Translations under genes and position numbers: made by a program | Notes under the pieces: model-generated | The model's input: the letters and a program-made list of their open reading frames with translations, nothing else | Databases searched by the model: none | Told to the model about the DNA's origin: nothing | Shown: positions 59,250-64,000 of the stretch, piece after piece | How the letters are laid out: the number at the start of each line of letters is the position of its first letter | How positions within the stretch are numbered: position 1 is the stretch's first letter | Origin: a virus | Direction: 5' to 3' (one strand) | Virus record (IMG/VR): IMGVR_UViG_3300009149_000020 | Span: 18,827 to 82,826 of that record | DNA: 64,000 nt

Positions 59250-59250
59250 C

Positions 59251-59373
59251 ATGTATGTGTGTAGTGATTGTGGTTATAGATTCAGCAGACTTTCTGCAGA
59301 ATTTATTGATGGTGAAGAATTGTGTCCTGAATGTAAAAGTAACTTCATAAGATGGAAGGAGAAGCAAAGATGA
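59251..59373 (+). CDS. 40-aa zinc-ribbon protein (not in ORF track)
   Basis: GAGGAGG SD; MYVCSDCGYRF...ELCPECKS; stop overlaps next ATG. Confidence 0.75.
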   Translation: MYVCSDCGYRFSRLSAEFIDGEELCPECKSNFIRWKEKQR

Positions 59374-59795
59374 TTAAAAAGAGTTTCACACTTGGCTTAA
59401 ATGTTGCATTGAATACGTCCGATAATGTTATGACTTTCTGTATACCTAAAACAAGGCTATCCTTCACTTTAAAGACTGAAGGAGAGAAGGAAGTTGCTAA
59501 GGCTTTCAATACTCTCGATTTTGCACAATCTGATACTTTTAGACCGGGCGCTATGAATGCTGGTTTAGATGGAACTAAGAAAGGGCTAATGTTTCATAAC
59601 ATGGAATGCACTGTTCTTTTACAGTCCTCTACTATCTTATTAAAAGATCAGAGGAGAGTATTTGTGCATTCGATTAACATAGCTACGGAGTATAAACATA
59701 CTATGAACATTCTTTATGTAAATCCTATAGACATGTTAATTAAATTTTCAGAGTTTTTTGAAGAAGGAGAAGTATTATATACTAAGATGGCTTAA
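59370..59795 (+). CDS. Hypothetical protein
   Basis: ATGA overlap, AAGGAG SD. Confidence 0.65.
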   Translation: MIKKSFTLGLNVALNTSDNVMTFCIPKTRLSFTLKTEGEKEVAKAFNTLDFAQSDTFRPGAMNAGLDGTKKGLMFHNMECTVLLQSSTILLKDQRRVFVHSINIATEYKHTMNILYVNPIDMLIKFSEFFEEGEVLYTKMA

Positions 59796-59809
59796 AGGAA
59801 GTATACGTA

Positions 59810-60565
59810 ATGGCATTTGATTGCACCGATGATGACAACAGGATGATGGCTATCCTAACTAAGCTTAGAGAAAAATATCCTATTCCTCTTGAGGATATAG
59901 AATTTGCTAGAAATCGACCAAATCCTGAACATAGGCAAGGTTATTATGAAGCTGTTAACTGGGATGACGATAACGCAAAACTAGACGCTGCTCCTAAGAT
60001 AAGGTATATTTACTATGCTAAATGGTCTTGGGAGGACGAAGCTGCTATAAAAGATATTGATCTTTCGATAAGAGCTGCTTACTTTACAAATAATCCTAAA
60101 GATGAGAGAGCTAAAGAAGCTCCAGAATTTTCTATACAGATGCAATACTTTGCCAACAACCCACTTGACCCAGTTGCAGCTGTTCATTCAAATGAATTTA
60201 TAAGACTTCAATATCATCAAGCTTCCTCGTGGAAAGACTATTCATGGTATAACGATGAAAGCATAATGATTATCAGAATGGGCTTTCTAAATTGTACTGA
60301 CTTTACTATCACAGAATCATTCTATCAAGCTCTTGAGAAACTATTCACAACGCAATTCTGCACAAGCACCGTAAACTTAAAAATTGTACTTAGAAGACTT
60401 GATGCTATAGTGCTGGCTGCTCTTGCTTTTAGAAAGATTATTGATCCAAATGTTAAAAATATTATACAACAAGTATTAAAGGAGAAACAAAATGTCGCCG
60501 AAATATCAAGATCCACGGATAGCTTACATACCGATGACTCGGACAGCCCTGAAGAGGGCTATTAG
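59810..60565 (+). CDS. WxD..A..D...IR..YY repeat protein with shared C-terminal motif
   Basis: Paralogue of 37026; tail LDAIVLAALAFRKIIDPNVKNII. Confidence 0.75.
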   Translation: MAFDCTDDDNRMMAILTKLREKYPIPLEDIEFARNRPNPEHRQGYYEAVNWDDDNAKLDAAPKIRYIYYAKWSWEDEAAIKDIDLSIRAAYFTNNPKDERAKEAPEFSIQMQYFANNPLDPVAAVHSNEFIRLQYHQASSWKDYSWYNDESIMIIRMGFLNCTDFTITESFYQALEKLFTTQFCTSTVNLKIVLRRLDAIVLAALAFRKIIDPNVKNIIQQVLKEKQNVAEISRSTDSLHTDDSDSPEEGY

Positions 60566-61145
60566 AAAACAATGTCAATTTGTTTATGCCAGGGTACTAT
60601 CTCAGAGTCCCTTAGGTAATGTGCTGTGCAATCCTTTAGTTAGTGCATGGGCTAGAGGTTTTCAATATAGATGGTACGAAAGAACAGAAGAGTTAAACTT
60701 AGTAATTCATTGGCATGCGTTAATGTTCTGTCCTAATGTTTGCAGGTTGATTAAAATGCAGCCTCAAATAGCGTGGGACGTATTTGAAAACTTATACAAG
60801 AACACAGATATAGCAATGCTTGACAATTCAACTAAGTTATTGATAGAAAACATAAACGATACTCGTACTGTATTACAAAAACTGGAACCCGGAATAAATG
60901 AGTTAGAATTAAATAGAAGAGCTAATGTATTAGGTCATCAGGTCATTCCACAGTTAGTACTTGATTTCTTCTTTAACGAGCAGTTCATAATAGCACAAAC
61001 AAAAAAGTTTTTAAGAAATTTAAATATGTTAACCGAAGTTAAACACTTACTGTTCTCTGGTGTTACACAAGCACCGTTTATGCGTGAAGGTATTACTGCT
61101 TATTTAGAAGAGAGTGAAAATAATAATAAAGAGAGTATTACTTAA
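60492..61145 (+). CDS. Hypothetical protein with shared C-terminal motif
   Basis: AAGGAG SD; tail LTEVKHLLFSGVTQAPFMREGI. Confidence 0.65.
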   Translation: MSPKYQDPRIAYIPMTRTALKRAIRKQCQFVYARVLSQSPLGNVLCNPLVSAWARGFQYRWYERTEELNLVIHWHALMFCPNVCRLIKMQPQIAWDVFENLYKNTDIAMLDNSTKLLIENINDTRTVLQKLEPGINELELNRRANVLGHQVIPQLVLDFFFNEQFIIAQTKKFLRNLNMLTEVKHLLFSGVTQAPFMREGITAYLEESENNNKESIT

Positions 61146-61146
61146 C

Positions 61147-61314
61147 ATGAGGACTTTAAATACCGGAGCATTTTTATTCGTTGATACTGATGGCGAGCTT
61201 TCAGTCAGGATAAGAACAGACGTCTCTGGTATAGGTGAGTTCGACGAAGTAGTAAAGATACCGAAGGATGATGCAGAGCAGTTGCTCGAGTGGTTAACTA
61301 AAAATAAAAAATAA
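61147..61314 (+). CDS. Small hypothetical protein
   Basis: ATG 61147 directly after previous stop. Confidence 0.55.
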   Translation: MRTLNTGAFLFVDTDGELSVRIRTDVSGIGEFDEVVKIPKDDAEQLLEWLTKNKK

Positions 61315-61319
61315 AAAGG

Positions 61320-61348
61320 TTGACAAGTACGTTTTTCGGGTCTATACT
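61320..61348 (+). promoter_or_regulatory. Sigma70-type promoter of the tRNA operon
   Basis: A-tract, then TTGACA-17nt-TATACT. Confidence 0.85.
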
Positions 61349-61373
61349 CATATTAAGAAGGAAACTAAAACAA

Positions 61374-61484
61374 ATGTTATCACGAATGAGAAATTATTTT
61401 AGCACAGTATCAGGAACCGTACAGGGTTGTTCCATTAATATAAAATGGAATAATGATGCGGAACATTCGGAGTTATATATGTAG
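61374..61484 (+). CDS. Attenuator leader peptide (36 aa, MLSRMRNYFSTVSGTVQGCSINIKWNNDAEHSELYM)
   Basis: AAGAAGGA SD; 19 of 20 amino acids and 27 distinct codons; stop lies in the antiterminator arm. Confidence 0.75.
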   Translation: MLSRMRNYFSTVSGTVQGCSINIKWNNDAEHSELYM

Positions 61485-61535
61485 TTGCCTTTTTACACAT
61501 AAAGATAGAAACCCAAAGCTGGGGAGGCAACTACA
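61480..61535 (+). promoter_or_regulatory. Antiterminator helix
   Basis: TGTAGTTGCCT (61480-90) is the exact reverse complement of AGGCAACTACA (61525-35), extendable by 4 G-U pairs. Confidence 0.8.
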
Positions 61536-61551
61536 CCTCCTCAGCTTTTTT
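61515..61551 (+). terminator. Intrinsic terminator (attenuator) immediately before the first tRNA
   Basis: AAAGCTGGGGAGG-caactaca-CCTCCTCAGCTTT then T-tract. Confidence 0.88.
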
Positions 61552-61560
61552 GTTATTAAC

Positions 61561-61647
61561 GGAGAGATAGTCTAATTGGCAAGACAGCAGGCTGTAACCC
61601 TGTCGCTAAAACTAGCATTGGAGGTTCGAGTCCTTCTCTCTCCACCA
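61561..61647 (+). tRNA. tRNA-Tyr(GTA)
   Basis: Cloverleaf, long variable arm, encoded CCA. Confidence 0.9.
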
Positions 61648-61654
61648 GACATTG

Positions 61655-61727
61655 GGTGGTATGTAGATTAGATCCCTGGCTTAGGGGAAGACGTCTTAAC
61701 CTAAGTGAAGACTAATAGAACGCCACC
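61655..61727 (+). ncRNA. Candidate rod-like structured RNA inside the tRNA array
   Basis: Nested stems GGTGG/CCACC, ATTAG/CTAAT, CTTAGG/CCTAAG, AAGA/TCTT. Confidence 0.4.
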
Positions 61728-61758
61728 GCTATTAAGCCAAGGTAAAACTTGGTAGAAC

Positions 61759-61835
61759 GTGGCCGTTGGCAAAATGGATAAGCCACCAGATTGTGGTTCT
61801 GGTCATTGGGGGTTCAAGTCCCCTCGGTCACCCCA
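61759..61835 (+). tRNA. tRNA-His(GTG)
   Basis: Cloverleaf, C73, CCA; position -1 is C, not G. Confidence 0.9.
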
Positions 61836-61911
61836 GCGGGTGTAGCTCAGTTGGTAGAGTTCCTGCCTTCCAAGCAGACTGTCGCGAGTTCGAGCCTCGC
61901 TACCCGCTCCA
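61836..61911 (+). tRNA. tRNA-Gly(TCC)
   Basis: Cloverleaf, CCA. Confidence 0.92.
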
Positions 61912-61949
61912 GAAAATTATACTCAGGAGGGTATAAAAATATAACAAGT

Positions 61950-61976
61950 AGGGGTATGGTGTAGTCTGGTAACATG
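61950..61976 (+). pseudogene. 5' fragment of a tRNA (Pro-like acceptor strand plus D-arm)
   Basis: AGGGGTATGGTGTAGTCTGGTAACATG stops at the anticodon stem, abutting tRNA-Trp. Confidence 0.5.
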
Positions 61977-61977
61977 T

Positions 61978-62052
61978 AGACCCGTGGTGTAATGGCTAGC
62001 ATTACTGTCTCCAAAACAGTTGATGAGGGTTCGAGTCCTTCCGGGTCTGCCA
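61978..62052 (+). tRNA. tRNA-Trp(CCA)
   Basis: Cloverleaf, G73, CCA. Confidence 0.9.
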
Positions 62053-62061
62053 AACAAATGA

Positions 62062-62138
62062 AGCCGAGTGTCCGAGTGTGGCTCAGGTGGAAGACTGCAA
62101 ATCTTTCTACGTCGGTTCAAGTCCGACCTCGGCTTCCA
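62062..62138 (+). tRNA. tRNA-Cys(GCA)
   Basis: Cloverleaf, U73, CCA. Confidence 0.9.
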
Positions 62139-62139
62139 A

Positions 62140-62216
62140 GGACCAGTAGCTCAAATGCGTAGAGCTCCCGGCTCATAACCGGATGGTTGAAGGTTCGAGT
62201 CCTTTCTGGTCCACCA
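62140..62216 (+). tRNA. tRNA(CAT), most likely Ile2 (lysidine type)
   Basis: GGACC acceptor and CGG-CTCATAA-CCG arm resemble bacterial tRNA-Ile2; elongator Met not excluded. Confidence 0.75.
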
Positions 62217-62255
62217 AAAGATTAAGGAGAAGATAAATATAGAAGTAAGTTAAAT

Positions 62256-62332
62256 GGGTCCGTAACTCTAATTGGGAGAGTGTCTGCCCTGCAAGCAGAA
62301 AGTTGAGAGTTCGAGTCTCTCCGGATCCACCA
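62256..62332 (+). tRNA. tRNA-Ala(TGC)
   Basis: G3-U70 pair, CCA; C at position 33. Confidence 0.88.
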
Positions 62333-62340
62333 GAAAGTAA

Positions 62341-62417
62341 GCCCTGGTATATCAATTGGCTAGATAGTCGGTTTTGTAATCCGAAGGCTGTAGGTTCGAG
62401 TCCTACCCAGGGCCCCA
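62341..62417 (+). tRNA. tRNA-Thr(TGT)
   Basis: Cloverleaf, CCA. Confidence 0.9.
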
Positions 62418-62427
62418 AATATTACGT

Positions 62428-62515
62428 TGAGCGATGACCGAGTGGTCGAAGGTGGATGGCTGTTAACCATTTAGGAGAAATCCTCACGTAGGTTCAAATC
62501 CTACTCGCTCAGCCA
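62428..62515 (+). tRNA. tRNA-Asn(GTT) with long variable arm
   Basis: U1-A72, G73, CCA; AGGA-GAAA-TCCT variable stem. Confidence 0.85.
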
Positions 62516-62525
62516 AACTTTACGT

Positions 62526-62601
62526 GGTCCCATCGTCTAATGGCTTAGGACGGCAGACTTTCTATCTGCAAATGTCGGTTCGATTCCGACTGGGACTACC
62601 A
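62526..62601 (+). tRNA. tRNA-Glu(TTC)
   Basis: Glu-type body GGTCCCATCGTCTA; loop CTTTCTA (U37). Confidence 0.85.
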
Positions 62602-62611
62602 AACATTACGT

Positions 62612-62686
62612 CGGTGTGTAGCCAAACGGTAAGGCATCGCCCTTTTAAGGCGAGGATTGGAGATTCGACTTCTCCCACACCGACCA
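62612..62686 (+). tRNA. tRNA-Lys(TTT)
   Basis: Cloverleaf, CCA. Confidence 0.88.
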
Positions 62687-62758
62687 GCTAGTAAGTATTA
62701 ACATATATAACAATAGTTTTTAATGGAGGTACGGTAGTAATAACAGTTTAAGAAACGT

Positions 62759-62836
62759 TGCGGGATGACGCAGTCTGGTCAGCGTGCAAGCCTCATAAGC
62801 TTGAAGTCGAGGGTTCAAATCCCTCTCCCGCTACCA
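62759..62836 (+). tRNA. tRNA-Met(CAT), initiator-like
   Basis: 1:72 mismatch (U:U), TTCAAAT T-loop; lacks the three consecutive G-C anticodon pairs. Confidence 0.8.
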
Positions 62837-62837
62837 A

Positions 62838-62913
62838 GGGTGATTAGCTCAGCTGGGAGAGCACCTCTTTTACACGGAGGGGGCCGGCAGTTCAATCCTG
62901 TCATCACCCACCA
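62838..62913 (+). tRNA. tRNA-Val(TAC)
   Basis: Cloverleaf, CCA. Confidence 0.92.
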
Positions 62914-62914
62914 G

Positions 62915-62990
62915 GCGGTTATAGTTCAGTTGGAAGAACATCTGCTTGCCATGCAGAAGGTCGTGAGTTCGAACCTCACTAACCGCTCCA
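62915..62990 (+). tRNA. tRNA-Gly(GCC)
   Basis: Cloverleaf, CCA. Confidence 0.92.
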
Positions 62991-62991
62991 C

Positions 62992-63073
62992 GGTGGTATG
63001 GTCTAGTTAGGTCTAGGACGCCTGGTTGTCAGCCAGGAAACTTTCGGGGGTTCAAATCCCCCTACCACCGCCA
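62992..63073 (+). tRNA. tRNA-Asp(GTC)
   Basis: Cloverleaf, G73, CCA; slightly enlarged variable loop. Confidence 0.88.
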
Positions 63074-63075
63074 AA

Positions 63076-63162
63076 GGAAGGCTCGCCTAATTGCGCAGGG
63101 CAGCAGACTTGAAATCTGCCGGGGTAAAACCTGTGGGGGTTCGAATCCCTCGCCTTCCGCCA
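63076..63162 (+). tRNA. tRNA-Ser(TGA)
   Basis: Long variable arm, G73, CCA. Confidence 0.9.
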
Positions 63163-63169
63163 AAAGTAA

Positions 63170-63244
63170 AGCCGAGTGGTGTAATCGGCAACACGAAAGA
63201 CTCTGACTCTTTCGTTCAAGGTTCAAATCCTTGCTCGGCTTCCA
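63170..63244 (+). tRNA. tRNA-Gln(CTG)
   Basis: Cloverleaf, CCA. Confidence 0.88.
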
Positions 63245-63251
63245 GATATGT

Positions 63252-63327
63252 GCCGCTTTCGTATAGTTGGTCTGTACGCTGGATTGAAGCTCCAGAGGTC
63301 TCCGTTCGATCCGGAGGGGCGGCACCA
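63252..63327 (+). tRNA. tRNA-Phe(GAA)
   Basis: Cloverleaf, CCA; G37. Confidence 0.88.
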
Positions 63328-63335
63328 AATATTGT

Positions 63336-63411
63336 GCTCCTGTGCGCCAACTGGATGGCAAACGGCCTTCTAAGCCGTAACATGCAGGTTCGAGTCCTGC
63401 CAGGAGTACCA
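63336..63411 (+). tRNA. tRNA-Arg(TCT)
   Basis: Cloverleaf, CCA. Confidence 0.9.
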
Positions 63412-63419
63412 GTAAGTGA

Positions 63420-63496
63420 GGGGATGTGGCGCAACTGGACAGCGCTACTGACTTCGGATCAGAAGGTTGAGGGTTCGAATCCTTCCATCCCCGCCA
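63420..63496 (+). tRNA. tRNA-Arg(TCG)
   Basis: Cloverleaf, CCA. Confidence 0.9.
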
Positions 63497-63567
63497 AACC
63501 CTTCGCACCAAGTGCGACAGTGAAACACCTGTGGGTTAAGATGTTTGACATTATATAGTTATTGCGT

Positions 63568-63643
63568 GGCCCTATAGTTTAGGGGTTTAGAATACTGGCC
63601 TCTCAAGCCAGAGACAGCAGTTCGATTCTGCTTAGGGCTACCA
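63568..63643 (+). tRNA. tRNA-Glu(CTC)
   Basis: Cloverleaf, CCA. Confidence 0.88.
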
Positions 63644-63744
63644 AACTTCTTCAGTGAAAAATTAAGAAAAAATAGGTAGTTTTTCTTACAATTTTTTTTA
63701 AGGTTACTGATCTTTTTCTATGAAAACAATAAGGAGGAAATGTT

Positions 63745-64000
63745 ATGAAATGTCAAAAGTTTGAAGTCAACTTCGTTTCTTATGATGGCAAGTACCCTTG
63801 TCTATGTTTCGGCACACTTGTGCTCTCATTAAATGGTAAGAATATAACTTTTCCTTCATCTTGTTTGTCTTCCGGAGGAAGTACGTACTTCACCAATGAT
63901 TATGCAGAGAGTCATGTAGAACGAGGGTCTTGGTCTATAAGCGACTGGCCTGAAGGTTGGCCTGAATGTGCAAAGAGACAAGCGGAAGATGTTGTTAACA
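63745..64000 (+). CDS. Conserved phage hypothetical protein, 5' part (runs off window)
   Basis: TAAGGAGG SD; MKCQKFEVNFVSYDGKYPCLCFG..LSSGGS. Confidence 0.7.
   Translation, partial: MKCQKFEVNFVSYDGKYPCLCFGTLVLSLNGKNITFPSSCLSSGGSTYFTNDYAESHVERGSWSISDWPEGWPECAKRQAEDVVN

Noticed and set aside
215-60516. Numerous minus-strand ORFs in the ORF track
   Set aside because: All are antisense shadows of well-supported plus-strand genes, with no SD or recognisable motifs
62526-62601. Reading the loop CTTTCTA as an Arg(TCT) or amber (CTA) suppressor anticodon
   Set aside because: A 5-bp stem with a 7-nt loop centres TTC, and the body is Glu-type
61847-63558. ORFs called across the tRNA array
   Set aside because: They overlap clear tRNA cloverleaves; typical spurious translations of tRNA genes

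Overview
AT-rich segment of a large (jumbo-type) dsDNA bacteriophage genome. Essentially all genes lie on the + strand, tightly packed, with AGGAGG Shine-Dalgarno sites. 1-40 kb is an accessory region of small hypothetical ORFs, about 10 ankyrin-repeat proteins and other helical-repeat proteins, a DmpA-like peptidase, Pth2, RtcB, Lar, YopX, a sigma4/alpha-CTD fusion and a secreted protein ending in a PD-(D/E)XK domain. 40-50 kb is a replication/recombination module: SbcD, UDG-fused family A DNA polymerase, UvsY-like, gp32-like SSB, RecA, resolvase, sigma-like factor and SbcC. 51-59 kb holds a LigD-phosphoesterase/primase fusion and phage RNA polymerase beta' and beta genes. 61.5-63.6 kb is a 21-tRNA array. 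The main discovery is just upstream of that array: a sigma70-type promoter, then a 36-codon leader ORF, then mutually exclusive antiterminator/terminator hairpins. The leader contains a codon for every tRNA in the array, and its stop codon sits inside the antiterminator arm. This looks like a pan-tRNA-depletion-sensing attenuator that would switch on phage tRNAs when translation stalls. A second notable system is a family of about 15 proteins with unrelated N-terminal repeat domains but a shared C-terminal helical motif. All calls come from by-eye motif reading; no searches were run.
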